From NCBI GenBank assembly GCA_001600695.1, contig BCKQ01000001.1:1042426-1106425 (forward strand): a stretch of DNA of 64,000 bases, given 5' to 3'. Both the position numbers and the translations under genes were made by a program. The DNA comes from Ascoidea asiatica JCM 7603. Taxonomy: Eukaryota; Fungi; Ascomycota. This document shows, one piece after another, positions 36,010-47,835 of this stretch (positions are counted from its first letter, which is position 1; every line of letters starts with the position of its first letter). A model generated the notes under the pieces. The model had not been told where the DNA came from. It did not search any database and was given only the letters and a program-made list of their open reading frames with translations.

Positions 36010-36451
36010 CTTGAATATTATTGATTTCCTTTGATGGACCTAATGAATCTTTTCTAATCTAAGGAATAGCAGTTTTTATGATTTTATATATCTATTTTTT
36101 TGTTTCAAAACCAAGTGTATTAATAAAAAGTAATATAATCAACCTAAATTTGAATTGAATGAACAATAGCCAGCGGATACCAGAAAATGAAGGTAAACCT
36201 TACCATGGATATTGCATTCCGTATTTTTCCTTAAAAATAAAACGTGACCATTTAAAAAACCACAAAACTGGTTTCCAAAACAGAATTCAGATAACGGAAC
36301 AAAACGGAACAATCTGCAGAGATAAGTAAAATAAATAAAAAAAAAGGATACAGAATTCTGGAGGGATTAGAGAAAAGTCCCTTTCATTTAATGCGCCACC
36401 CACAAACAGAAAAAGCAGTTTAAAAAAAAAATAATTAGTTCACTCAAAACT

Positions 36452-36462
36452 TGACTCACGTG
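36452..36462. promoter_or_regulatory. Overlapping Gcn4 (TGACTCA) and Cbf1 (TCACGTG) sites in the divergent promoter
   Basis: TGACTCACGTG between the transposase-derived gene and the C2H2 TF gene. Confidence 0.45.
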
Positions 36463-36997
36463 GACTCAATGTGGAGTAGTCAAAGTTCATGGTGTTATCC
36501 GAGGTAACTTCTTTCTTTTTATGGTTGAATATTTAAGAACATGTGACACTGTAAAAGTTGAGGGTGGCGGTATCTGTGCTGGCCTAGCCACTGTATATTC
36601 TCTTGTTTTTTTGAGAAAACAGATTGTTTCTGCCGAAACTATTTTCTGTAAAACCACGCCAGTCCCGATAAAAATACTTCAAATCTTAACACAAATTTCA
36701 ATATCACTCTGAATTTAAAAATAAAGATGTAGTTAAATTCAAAAACATACTTGATCTATATTTCTTACTCATATTTTTTTTCATATTCTTTATGATGAAA
36801 TTCTTATAGACTTTATTCTCAGATCTGCTTCTAGATATTGTAAGATCTTTTATTCAAATATTCTATTTAAAATACAAAAGAATAATGCTTATAGTACCTT
36901 CAACTTTTTTCAACTTACTTTTTTAATTTATTCATCACTTTTGAAATTATCCATCTCATAGAAAATATCAAGATATTAAATAAACAAATTCTTTAGA

Positions 36998-39913
36998 ATG
37001 TCTTCGAAAATTGAGAAATTATATAGGTGTTTATATTGTACAAAAACTTATAAAAGAAAAGATTATTTAACAAGACATTGTGAAAATCATAAAAAGATTA
37101 AACCATTTTATTGTGAAATATGTAATCTAGGTTTTGCAAGAAAAGATTTGTTAGAAAAGCATTTCAAATCAATAACTCATAAAAGGAAAAATTCTGTTGA
37201 AAAAGATTCAATTCTGATAAGTAACAATAATCAAATTAGCAATAATAAAGTTAACAATAATCTGAATGAAAATATAAAAAATAATACAATCGATAATACT
37301 CAATTTCCTAATCAATTAAACAATTCAATAACAAATAATTCAATTACAAGTCATAATCTTGTACCAATTTCTCCAAATATTATTATTAATCATGACAAGA
37401 ATGACACCCTAAATAATAACATAAATAATAACATAAATAATAACATAAATAATAACTTAAATCCTATAAACTCCTTAAACAACTTAAATAACCTACATAA
37501 TCCGAGTAACCTGAATCATTTAAATCACCTAAATCATCTAAATAATTCAAATAACTCAAATAATTCCAATAATTTGCCAAATTTATCCAATATCAATATA
37601 AACTCCCCTTCCAATATAGATATAGAATTAATGTTAAATTTGGATAAATTTTCAAATTTATCAAATGGTCTAGAAGATAATTATGGTTGGTTATTTGGTC
37701 AACAAGATTCAAACATAAATTTAAATTCAAATACAAATTCAAATTCAAATTCAAATCTTGCCAATTGTAATATAAATAATCACAATAACAATATCAATTA
37801 TACTAATAATATAAATAATAGTAAATATATTAATGATAACTCCTTTAACTTAAACAATGCCTTTTTACCTTCAAAAAATTCTCAAACTTCTCTTAACTCA
37901 ATTCCTTATTCAAATTCGAACTCAAATTCAACTCGTTCAGATTCTATTTCAAGCCAACAGTCCATGAATTCTGATTTTTATATTAATAATGAAAATTTTC
38001 TAATTAATGATTCAACTAGACTAAATATCTTAAATATTCTACAATTAAATTTAAATTTCAATCCAAATTTTAATTCAAACTCAAATTTAAGTCAAATAGA
38101 TTTAATTAATTTTAGAAACTACTTATCTTTATCTGATTTAAATTCATTTTTACAAATTTATTGGACTAATTTTGACCCAGTTTATCCAATAATTCATAAA
38201 CCAAGTTTTAATCCAAATTCTTCTGATGTTTACTTTATAATTTCAATTTTAACTATTGGAATGTCCTTCTCAAATCAAAATATTCACTACTTATTATCAA
38301 TTGAAATCCATAAATTTTTAAAATTAAATTTAATGTCTCAAATGGAAAAATTCCAATCTTTTGAAATTATACCTTTAGACTTAATCCAATCTATATTATT
38401 AACTAATTTTTATAATTTATTTTTAGGTAATTATTATCAACAACAATCTGTGAATTTATATAATGGTGTTGCCGTTAATCTTTTAAAAAAATTAGGTTAT
38501 TTTGATAATTTAATCGAACCTCAAATTAATGAATCATTAGTTAATACTTTACCATTATATAAATGGCAAGATTGGATAAAATTTGAAACAATAAAAAGAT
38601 CAACTTTTTTCTGTTATTTGGTTGATTGTCAATCTTCTTTTTTATTTTGTCATAGCTCTTCAAGTGATATATCTGTATTTGATATTCAATTGGAATTGCC
38701 TTGTACTGATGTTGTCTGGAATGCAAAAAACCCTCAAACTTTCTTAAAAGAGTATTTGAAACAACCAAGAGAATTACGTTCAAGAAATAAATTAAGTGTA
38801 AATGGGGGTAGATTATATTCAAGTTCTTCAAATAATGATGATCTAACTTCAAATGGTATACTAATGCCAAATGTTAGAAATGAAGGTAGATGGCCTAATT
38901 TTTTATGGAGTTTAAGAAGATTGATGCAACCGTATAAAAAAAATCAAAAAGAATATCCATTAAACTGTTTTTCTCAATTTTCAAGATTTGTCTTTTTGCA
39001 TGGTTTATTAAGTATTGTTTGTGATTTGAGAAAAAGAAATATTTTAGATTTAGGAATTGTTTCAAAAAAAAGAATGAATGAATTAGCTGCAAAAATTGAG
39101 CAATCTTTCTTGAGTTGGAGAAGTTATTTTGATACTCATATTTCTGAAACAAATGCATTTTCAGTATCTAAAAATATTCGTAAAAAAAATGATTTTAAAA
39201 TTGGAATTTTAAATGATTATGGTACATCTCCAATATTTTGGGCAAATATAACGATTTTTGAAATTGGTTTATTGGGGTTATATTGTAATATAGGGACATT
39301 GATTCAACATACAAAAAACATTCAGTTTGCATTAAAATCATCTGCAAAAAATAGCGAAATCTCAATTGAATCACCTGGAAGATTGAGATATAATGCAGTT
39401 GAAATAAATAAAAATAAGTTAATGCTAAGTAATTGGGCAAAATCTAAAGATGGATTTTGTAGTTTAATAGAAGCATGTAAGTTTTTGAGAATGGTTTTTA
39501 ATAATAAAGATATTGTTAAAACTATTGCGCATGCTCCATTTTCTGTTTATATTTCTTCAGTTATCTGCTGGCTATATGAATCTAATTTTAATTCGGAATC
39601 AATATGTAATTCAATTAAAATCAAATCCTTAGGTGAAATACAGGCGCTCTCAGGTGTTAAATCTATTGAATCTGGTGCATCAAGTTATCTAAGTCAAATT
39701 TTAGATGATCCTATTACTACTAATGGTATAGAAGATAAAGGGTCGGCATTAAAGCAGGAAAATGAATCGATTAATTCGAAAAGAGAGTTGATAGTTGAGT
39801 TAGTGTATTATTCTATAATTCATTTAGATCAATGCTCAAAGTGGGAAAACGTCAAAGGCTGCATTGCTGATCTTTACAATCTAATCTGTCAATCAAGAGG
39901 AGAAGTAATTTGA
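36998..39913 (+). CDS. C2H2 zinc-finger transcription factor with fungal-specific TF middle-homology domain
   Basis: Two fingers (CLYC...RKDYLTRH..NH; KPFYCEIC...RKDLLEKH...H), Asn-rich linker, YWTNFDPVYPIIHKPSF, WQDWIKFETIKR, LELPCTDVVWNA. Confidence 0.9.
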   Translation: MSSKIEKLYRCLYCTKTYKRKDYLTRHCENHKKIKPFYCEICNLGFARKDLLEKHFKSITHKRKNSVEKDSILISNNNQISNNKVNNNLNENIKNNTIDNTQFPNQLNNSITNNSITSHNLVPISPNIIINHDKNDTLNNNINNNINNNINNNLNPINSLNNLNNLHNPSNLNHLNHLNHLNNSNNSNNSNNLPNLSNININSPSNIDIELMLNLDKFSNLSNGLEDNYGWLFGQQDSNINLNSNTNSNSNSNLANCNINNHNNNINYTNNINNSKYINDNSFNLNNAFLPSKNSQTSLNSIPYSNSNSNSTRSDSISSQQSMNSDFYINNENFLINDSTRLNILNILQLNLNFNPNFNSNSNLSQIDLINFRNYLSLSDLNSFLQIYWTNFDPVYPIIHKPSFNPNSSDVYFIISILTIGMSFSNQNIHYLLSIEIHKFLKLNLMSQMEKFQSFEIIPLDLIQSILLTNFYNLFLGNYYQQQSVNLYNGVAVNLLKKLGYFDNLIEPQINESLVNTLPLYKWQDWIKFETIKRSTFFCYLVDCQSSFLFCHSSSSDISVFDIQLELPCTDVVWNAKNPQTFLKEYLKQPRELRSRNKLSVNGGRLYSSSSNNDDLTSNGILMPNVRNEGRWPNFLWSLRRLMQPYKKNQKEYPLNCFSQFSRFVFLHGLLSIVCDLRKRNILDLGIVSKKRMNELAAKIEQSFLSWRSYFDTHISETNAFSVSKNIRKKNDFKIGILNDYGTSPIFWANITIFEIGLLGLYCNIGTLIQHTKNIQFALKSSAKNSEISIESPGRLRYNAVEINKNKLMLSNWAKSKDGFCSLIEACKFLRMVFNNKDIVKTIAHAPFSVYISSVICWLYESNFNSESICNSIKIKSLGEIQALSGVKSIESGASSYLSQILDDPITTNGIEDKGSALKQENESINSKRELIVELVYYSIIHLDQCSKWENVKGCIADLYNLICQSRGEVI

Positions 39914-40384
39914 GTGCCAAATGTTTAAGCAGAAAATATGAAATATATTAAACAGGATATTTAGACTTCATCAAGTCAAATAATTGAATCTTGCCAATTA
40001 GATTTTGGCCTAAGATATTTCTTCAAGGAAAAATAATATTAAATTATATCGACCAAGTTTTTTAATGTAAAGAAAAATTTGCAAGCAAATGGTTTTCAGT
40101 TGAATTTTCTATAAACTCATTCTTGTATAGTTTTTTTAAATGGCTTTTTTTTTCTATAAGTAAAATAATGAATGGTTGAATTTTTGATAAGAGAGTTAAT
40201 CAATTTTCGATAATAAAAGATTTATTTCTGTTAATTAACGTTAAATTATTTAAATAGAAGAAGGAATAGTAATTAAAGCCACTTAAAAAAAATTAAAATA
40301 AAAAAGATACATAAAGTATTAAAGAAAGTAGAAAAAAGATTAAAAAAGATTAAAAAAGACAAATAAAAAGAAATATAAGCAGGT

Positions 40385-42046
40385 TTATGCTGAAACCTTT
40401 TCATCTTTACCATCGTAAGAAACCGCTACAGCTTCTAAAGATTCAAGAGATGGATCAGGATGATCAGATGCTTCTAATGGAGTTCCATCATCTGCATAAA
40501 CTTCATCGACTTTAGTGTTTGGTTGGATGGTTTTTGAAGGGAAAACATAATTTAGAATTAAAACCAACGAACCAGTTAGTAAAACACCCCAAATATAAGA
40601 TATTTTATAAATCCAAGTCCAGAAACCTAAAGTTTTACTATTAACATCAGCACCCAACCCAGGCAAAAGAAATACGGTACCAAGAAACCAAGCAACAACA
40701 CTTCTCCAATCAACACCATTCCAAAACCAGTAAATTGATTCAGGAGAATCAATATAAAGATCTTGAAGTAAAACTTTTCTTTTATAAATAATATAGTATT
40801 TTGCAATAACAATTCCTGTTAAAGCAGAACAAAAACAACCCCAACCACTACCAAAAATAACAACAGCTTTTGCTGAAGATAAAATTTTCCATGGCCAAAT
40901 AAGTAAACCAACAGTCATTACAATCCAAGAGCCTCTTCTAATATTAATATATTTTGGCCATAAACCAGTCATATCCATTGAACTTGAAAGAGTATTCAAC
41001 ATTAAATTAATTGCCAATTGTTGTAAGAAAAAAGCTAAACCTCCAAAAAAACAACCAGCTCTTGCAGCAGAAGAATTGTTTTCATGATCTTGAATTCTTC
41101 CAATTAATACAACTGGATTCCAAATAATTTCACCAAAAATATCATAAGCAGCAGAAGTTGTTACAACACCAATAACAGTTGAAAATGTTAAAGCACATGG
41201 AGCACCAAAAAATTGAGGAAATTTTGGAGAATTTTTATTTTTTGCATAACGAGTAAAATCAGATTGTCCAAGAATACCAGTACCAGTTGTTCCAACAACA
41301 GACATAATACCTTGAACACAAGCCCAACCTAAATCACCAGAACTTGAAAAACTTTCAGAACCTTCATTAAACATTGAACCAGCACCACCAGCAGTTTTAA
41401 CACAATAACCAATTAAACCAAAAAAAGCACCAAGAGTAATAAAAAAAGTAATTCTAAAAAAATATTGTAAATTTTCTGGAGCTAAGAAAGTACATGGAAA
41501 CATGAATACAAAATATAATATTAAACCAACCAAATCTCTTGAGGTTATACCATTTTTGTTATTAAGAGAATCCCAAGTTGCAAAAGAAGGAGATAAAGCT
41601 GATAAACAAGTTCTCATTGCTTGACCACCATAGTATGCTTGAACCCCAAACCATATAGTACCAGTAATAATTCTAATAATAATTGGAAAATAAGCACCTT
41701 TTATACCAAAAGTTGCTCTTGAAAAAACTGGAAAACCAATATGATGATGAGAACCAATCCAACCCATTACAACAGCCATTATACCATATATAATACCAGC
41801 GGCAACACTACAGCAGATACTTTGTTTAGCAGAAAGACCAAAGCCCATTAAACTTGAAGCAGTTGTCCAACCTGAAATACTTACACCTTCAATAATCCAA
41901 TAATTTACATAAGCAAATAAACTCCAGGTTCTTCTTTTAGGTGGAATTGGAATAATATCTCTATTAGTTAAAGAATCATTTTCATAATAAGAATTTTTAT
42001 CTTTTGGAACTTGAAGTTTTTCTTTCCAAACTTCCCAATCAACCAT
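40385..42046 (-). CDS. NCS1 nucleobase/allantoin/hydantoin-type permease (Fur4/Dal4/Thi7-like subfamily)
   Basis: NRDIIPIPPKRRTW, HIGFPVFSRATFGIKG, IWFGVQAYYGG, QSDFTRYAK, IIWNP, PKYINIRRG, WPWKILSSA, YWFWNGVDWR. Confidence 0.92.
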   Translation of the reverse strand: MVDWEVWKEKLQVPKDKNSYYENDSLTNRDIIPIPPKRRTWSLFAYVNYWIIEGVSISGWTTASSLMGFGLSAKQSICCSVAAGIIYGIMAVVMGWIGSHHHIGFPVFSRATFGIKGAYFPIIIRIITGTIWFGVQAYYGGQAMRTCLSALSPSFATWDSLNNKNGITSRDLVGLILYFVFMFPCTFLAPENLQYFFRITFFITLGAFFGLIGYCVKTAGGAGSMFNEGSESFSSSGDLGWACVQGIMSVVGTTGTGILGQSDFTRYAKNKNSPKFPQFFGAPCALTFSTVIGVVTTSAAYDIFGEIIWNPVVLIGRIQDHENNSSAARAGCFFGGLAFFLQQLAINLMLNTLSSSMDMTGLWPKYINIRRGSWIVMTVGLLIWPWKILSSAKAVVIFGSGWGCFCSALTGIVIAKYYIIYKRKVLLQDLYIDSPESIYWFWNGVDWRSVVAWFLGTVFLLPGLGADVNSKTLGFWTWIYKISYIWGVLLTGSLVLILNYVFPSKTIQPNTKVDEVYADDGTPLEASDHPDPSLESLEAVAVSYDGKDEKVSA

Positions 42047-42795
42047 TTTTAATAATTCGTGTTATATGAATTAGATTTATATTTTATCTTGTGATCCCTT
42101 TCAAGAAAAGGAAAACGATGAAATAAAAAGAGGATCTCTTTTTTTTGCTAAAATAATGAAAAATTTAGCACCGAAGAATGCAGTGGGCAAAGACAATTCT
42201 AGAGAATGAAATAAGAATAAGAATGAAACAATGGTTGAATATAAAAGAAGGAATACTAATAAGATTAAGAAAGCTGGACAAATTAAGCATTATTTATATA
42301 TTTTTTTTCCTTAAAGTGAAGGATAAGCTTGATAAATTATAACCAACGTTACTATTATTAATGTTAATTAACAGCAGTACTATTAAAGTACATACAGTAA
42401 ATAGTTACTTCAGTAATGTGAAGGTGATTAGGTTTTTGACTAAATTCTAAAATGTACTATGAAAGTTGTACCAAGTATACTGTACCCAAACAATATCAAC
42501 AAGGTTCTTAACTACTCGAGTTTACCAAGCTCTATTTAGCTCTAATCAAGTCAGATAAATCACAGTACTTCACTACCACGCCTTTCGATAAGAATTTGAG
42601 TTGAAGAGCAGAATAAAAAATAAAATAAGAACAACTGAAGAGCTTTCAAGTGAAGATCTGAAAACGAGAAATGAAATAAATAACGTTGAATAGCATAAAT
42701 AACTCGAATAAGATACTGAATAACACGAATAACGTTAACAACTTCAATAGCCTGGACAACAACTGCAGCCAGCCGATTTTGAGCTTTTGAAGCTC

Positions 42796-42823
42796 GGTGG
42801 GCACTACAACAAGAGTGCCCACC
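42796..42823. promoter_or_regulatory. Perfect 10-bp inverted repeat GGTGGGCACT-N8-AGTGCCCACC (cluster motif pair)
   Basis: Seen directly; lies in the divergent NCS1/AKR promoter. Confidence 0.7.
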
Positions 42824-43000
42824 CAAACACAAACTCAGCAAAGAACCAACATAGCTTGAGGAAGAAGAATAGGAAAAAGCACAAGAAAAACAAAAAGCTT
42901 TAGCTGCTTCTGAAGCGCGAAAATACTTAAGAAGTGACAATAGATTACTCAATTGTTTTTCCAGTTATTTTTTCTGTTTCTGAGCTTCAATTTTGGCTGC

Positions 43001-43030
43001 GCCCACCAGAATTTGCTCGCTGGGTGGGCA
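43001..43030. promoter_or_regulatory. Second pair of cluster motifs, GCCCACC...GGTGGGCA
   Basis: GCCCACC at 43001-43007 and GGTGGGCA at 43023-43030. Confidence 0.65.
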
Positions 43031-43720
43031 CATCTTTATTTAGTCTGTTTTCCACCAAAATCTCAGAATCCAAATATTTTACTTTATTTATTTCAGTTTA
43101 GTTTTGTTTATTCTAATTTTGCTTTACCCTTTAACTTTTCTCTGATTATTCTCTTTATCTAAATCCTCAATTGGATATTCAAAGATCAAGATTTGTTTAT
43201 TTTTCCTAAGTTTTTTGGAGTTTCTGCTTATCTTTACTTCCTCAGAACCTCAAAACATAATCAAAGCGAAAAAAAAACAGACGACTATTGAATTTAACTG
43301 CTCTGTACTAAAATAAACTATTCTGCCCACCATGGTTTATTATAACTTATCACGATAACGTTAACATAATTTCTGCTTGGTTTTGTTTCAAATTTATTTA
43401 ATAACTTCTTTACCCTTTTACAATTGGTTAACTTTAGTCTCATATCAACGGATTTTAAAATCCTCTTTAATATTAACATTAAAAAAAAATTTGTTAGGCT
43501 ACTAAAATACATAATCCAAAAAAATATAAAACTATAAGAATATATACATTTTCACCCTATTTAAATTATTTAGTACTTCCTCATATATATTCATTCTTTT
43601 GACTTTATAAAAAGAAGTAATTGTTATAACTTCTTCCCATTTTTTTGCTATTCCTTTTGCTTTTAAACTACTTTTCTTAATTTTCTTTTTGAAGTATCTA
43701 AATTTTTTCAAATTATAATA

Positions 43721-44671
43721 ATGTCAGTAAAAACAATTTATACAACTCTTAATAATGGGGTTAAGATGCCTGTGTTTGGTTTAGGTACTTGGCAATCAAA
43801 GCCAAATGAAGTTTCAAAAGCTGTTGAACATGCTTTAAAAAATGGTTATAAACATATTGACACAGCTACAATTTATGGTAATGAACATGAAGTTGGTCAA
43901 GGTATTAAGAATAGTAAAATTGATAGAGATCAAATTTTTATAACAACAAAATTATGGAATTCAATGCATGATCCAAAAGATGTTCCAATCGCTTTAGAAA
44001 AAAGTTTAAAACAATTAAATTTAGATTATATTGATTTATATTTAATGCATTATCCTTGTGCAAATGATAGAACTGAATTTGAGAAAAGTGGTAATTCTAT
44101 AAAAGTTGATATTGATTATATTGATACTTGGAATGCAATGGAAAATTTATTAAAAACTGGCAAAGTTAAAGCAATTGGTATTAGTAATTTTTCACTTTCA
44201 GAATTAAAAAATTTATTAAAAAATTGTAATATTAAACCACAAGTTCATCAAATGGAAATGCATCCATATTTAAAACAAGATGATTTTTTAAAATTTCATA
44301 ATGATAATAATATTCACGTAACTGCATATTCTGCTTTCGGTAATCAAAATTCTTCATATCAACTTAATGGTGAACCAAAAATCTTACAACATCCAAAAGT
44401 TTTACAAATTTCTGAAAAACTAAATAAAACTCCTGCTCAACTTTTAGTTTCTTGGGCAATTCATAGAGGTACTTCTATTATACCAAAATCTATAACACCA
44501 AAAAGAATTGATGAAAATATTCTTGGTCAAAATTTAATTTTAAGTGATGAAGATTTTGATACTATTTCTGACTTAGGTTATTCTATAAGATATTCTGATT
44601 TTGGTCCATTTGTTGGTTATTGGTATTACTCAGATTTAGAATGTCCAGGAAAAAAGCCAAAAGAAATCTAA
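43721..44671 (+). CDS. NADPH-dependent aldo-keto reductase (Gcy1/Ypr1-like)
   Basis: GLGTW, HIDTA.IYGNE (Asp/Tyr), FITTKLWN (Lys), DLYLMHYP (His), KAIGISNF, IPKS. Confidence 0.93.
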   Translation: MSVKTIYTTLNNGVKMPVFGLGTWQSKPNEVSKAVEHALKNGYKHIDTATIYGNEHEVGQGIKNSKIDRDQIFITTKLWNSMHDPKDVPIALEKSLKQLNLDYIDLYLMHYPCANDRTEFEKSGNSIKVDIDYIDTWNAMENLLKTGKVKAIGISNFSLSELKNLLKNCNIKPQVHQMEMHPYLKQDDFLKFHNDNNIHVTAYSAFGNQNSSYQLNGEPKILQHPKVLQISEKLNKTPAQLLVSWAIHRGTSIIPKSITPKRIDENILGQNLILSDEDFDTISDLGYSIRYSDFGPFVGYWYYSDLECPGKKPKEI

Positions 44672-46038
44672 GTTAAATTATGAATTGATAAAAACAATTT
44701 TTGTATTTTTTTTTCTTAACTAAAATTTGCATCCACTTAATTCTAATTTACTTACAAAATAGATCTGAATAAATATATTCCTTTACATAGTCTCCTATTT
44801 TTTTCAAACTTAGCTGTTAAACACATTTTGAAAACCAATTGAATTTCTTTTTTTTTCTTTTCTTACACAATACGTCACAATAAATTATCATCTCCGAATA
44901 AAACATAGCGTTAGTATTCTTTAAAACCAAACTATTACTATAAAGTTTGAAACAAGTTAAAATTCGCTTCAGAAGTTATTATGTAGAGCAAATTACTACT
45001 GAATTGCAAATTTAAATGGCTGCTTTCCATAGACAGAGGTATTATTTACAATAATCCTTAGTGCACGTTTTATTTTTTAATGTCATTTTTATAGTCCATT
45101 TAACTCGGATAGCCTTGAAATTTTTGATAACCTTGATAACCTTGATATTTTTGAAAACTGTGAAAATCTTGAAAATATACTTCAAGACAATGCGCCCCAC
45201 CAAAAAGTTCTTTTAAACTTCTAAACAGCTACATCCATAAATATTTATGAAAATCAAAACAAAATATAATGGATATTTGCTGTAATTCAAGAGGATATTA
45301 TTTTTATGGCTTTACTATCCAGTAGAAAGTTGCCGATTTTCAAGTTCACCTTTCATAAAATAATTATTTCGGCTAATTCACTCTTTGGAAAAACATTATT
45401 CAAAACTTTCAGACAAAATGAAATCAAAAGAACAAAAAAAAACACAGCAATTTTTATAAAAATTGAATTAAACTTGAATTAAGTTTTTCGGTACTTTTAT
45501 GAGCCCGTTAAAATTCAGCTTTATAGTAGATAACAATTTGAAAAAACAGATTAGAGTAGCATCACTTTTATTATAAATTGCCAAAATAAGGAGCATATCT
45601 CTATTTTACTTTAAATGCAAACTTTTCTCTTCAAATTTGTACTAATAATTGAAAATCATAAAATCAGTTTGTAAACATAAAGTTAAAATTAAGATGTAAA
45701 AATGGACTTTTTGCGTTTTCTCAATTAGTGATAGAAATAAAGTAACGTTAAACGACTCGGTTGTGATTTTATATTATTGCCCTAATAAACAATATAGCCG
45801 ATTGCCTACCAATAATAGCCGATAGCCATTTGAATTGTTGGCTTGTCAAAAGAGTTAATTTTTTATACTTATAAAGTGAATAATAGTCGTATTAAAAGAT
45901 GTATTTTGAATATAAAAAGAATTACAAATATTATAATAGAGTAAAATTTAAGTGAAATAGAAAAGCAAATAGTAAAAATCAGGTAAAAGAACAAAATGGA
46001 AAGACACATACTATATAAACACAAATGAAAAATCTTTT

Positions 46039-47472
46039 TCATTTTTTAACTTGAATAACAATTTTTCCTCTAGAAGTACCACTGGAAAGCTTTGAAAAAG
46101 CCTGTTTAAAATTATGAAAATCATAAACACTATCAATAAAGATTTTTACCTTTCCTGTTTCCAACCAAGGAACACATTCATTCCAATCTGACTGGGACAG
46201 TGTGATTCTTCTGTAATTAAATATACCATTTTTACCATAAAATAACTTCCACTTTGAAAACATTTCTCTGAAAGTAACCTTTATATTAGATAAAATGAAA
46301 TCCTTTCCATTCATATTTGAAGTATTAAATTTACTATCACCGACAATGGTGACATAAAGAGAACTAGAACCTTGTGGATTAATTAGTAATTTATTAAGAT
46401 GAGGGAATAAATCACAATTACCAATAAAGTCACAAATCAAATCAAATTGCAAATTCAAAGCTAAAATTGGAGCTGAAATATCTTTATAAATTTTATAATT
46501 AATTGTATTTGAAATGTTTGAAAACCCTTTAATAAATGTTTTAGAATTTTCTGAACAAACAAGAACAATATTTTCCGGTTTAACTTTAATTACATTGATT
46601 AGCAATTGAATTGCACAAAGTCCAACAGATGTTGCACCTCCAATGATTAAAACTTTAGAATCTTCATTTAAAACTAAACCTTTGTTATTGAATAAAGTAT
46701 CACTAGCCGTTTTTAATACAACATATGCACTTCCAGCTTCATTAAACGTAATACCATTGGAATTAAAACCCGAGTTTATATCTGTATTTGATTTTAGTTT
46801 AAACTTGACGATATCTAATTTATGATCATTAAAATCAACCAAAAGATATTTTCTTAAAGATCCATTGAAGGTGAAAGGAGCTACATATCCACCACAAATG
46901 TTATCTCCAACAATGAATTTAAATTCATTTTCATCAACTTTTTTACCAATTTTTATAATTTTACCAGAAAAATCAAAACAAACTCCTTTCGGTTTACTAC
47001 CAAAAACATAAGGATTTGCAAGACCAGAAGAAACTAAATCAACTGGATTTAAACCAACTGAATAAATCTCAATTAAAATCTTATTTTCATCTTTACTTAC
47101 TAATGTCCCATCTGTATTTAGTTCAATAGTATCTTTTATTAACTCAAAACCAGAATTCCAATTTCTATAATAGATTGCTTCATTTTTCAATATAGATAAA
47201 GAATCAGTTACGGTTTCTCTAGTATTTGGTTCTGGAACAGTAGAATTTGGTAAAAATGGGTTTATAGAAGCAGAAGGAATTAAATCATTGACTGGAATAC
47301 CTTTTGTAGTACTCGAAGGAATTGAGTCAGCTGGATTACTTGGTTTTGATGTAGTAGTAGGTCCAAGAGGAGCAATCGAAGCTGTAGTATTTGAATTAGA
47401 ATTGCTTTGATCTAAAATAGGAGCAGGTGTTACTGAAGGTAAAAAAGAATTGTTTGTAACTTTATCATCCAT
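46039..47472 (-). CDS. Zn-independent MDR/quinone-reductase-like oxidoreductase (Yim1/Ast1-like) with S/T/P-rich N-terminal extension
   Basis: VGLNPVD, DFSGKI..IG, VLIIGGATSVGLCAIQL, FDLICDFIG, KVKIFIDSVY, SRGKIVI. Confidence 0.8.
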   Translation of the reverse strand: MDDKVTNNSFLPSVTPAPILDQSNSNSNTTASIAPLGPTTTSKPSNPADSIPSSTTKGIPVNDLIPSASINPFLPNSTVPEPNTRETVTDSLSILKNEAIYYRNWNSGFELIKDTIELNTDGTLVSKDENKILIEIYSVGLNPVDLVSSGLANPYVFGSKPKGVCFDFSGKIIKIGKKVDENEFKFIVGDNICGGYVAPFTFNGSLRKYLLVDFNDHKLDIVKFKLKSNTDINSGFNSNGITFNEAGSAYVVLKTASDTLFNNKGLVLNEDSKVLIIGGATSVGLCAIQLLINVIKVKPENIVLVCSENSKTFIKGFSNISNTINYKIYKDISAPILALNLQFDLICDFIGNCDLFPHLNKLLINPQGSSSLYVTIVGDSKFNTSNMNGKDFILSNIKVTFREMFSKWKLFYGKNGIFNYRRITLSQSDWNECVPWLETGKVKIFIDSVYDFHNFKQAFSKLSSGTSRGKIVIQVKK

Positions 47473-47835
47473 TATTAAAAAAGTTTAGTTATTTTAAAGC
47501 TTGAGTAATAACAATTGATCATAAAAGATCCAAAAATAAAAGAATCAAATATCTTTTTTTTAGTATAAATAACTCCTTTATTTTCTGTACTAGTATGATT
47601 CTTCCTTAAGTATTGAATATTCACCAAAACTAGAAATTAGTTTTCTAGTACTGCACTGTAGTGCGTAAGTAAGGAGTGAGGAGTATGAGGAGTGAACGAA
47701 AATGAGCAGTTCTTTATTTGTTTATGGTATCGGGTATCCGGTAATATCGGTTATATATTAATAATTTTTATTGAACATACTGTATGTAACTATTAATATG
47801 GAACAAAAGGAAATTTAAATGAGTCAAATTAATTA

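Noticed and set aside
32500-36500. Active DNA transposon around the DDE_1 ORF
   Set aside because: No terminal inverted repeats or target-site duplication seen, the first catalytic Asp is lost, and the protein has host-like low-complexity extensions.
42560-42952. 130-aa minus-strand ORF in the NCS1/AKR promoter
   Set aside because: Non-ATG start and no motifs; it overlaps the regulatory inverted repeat.
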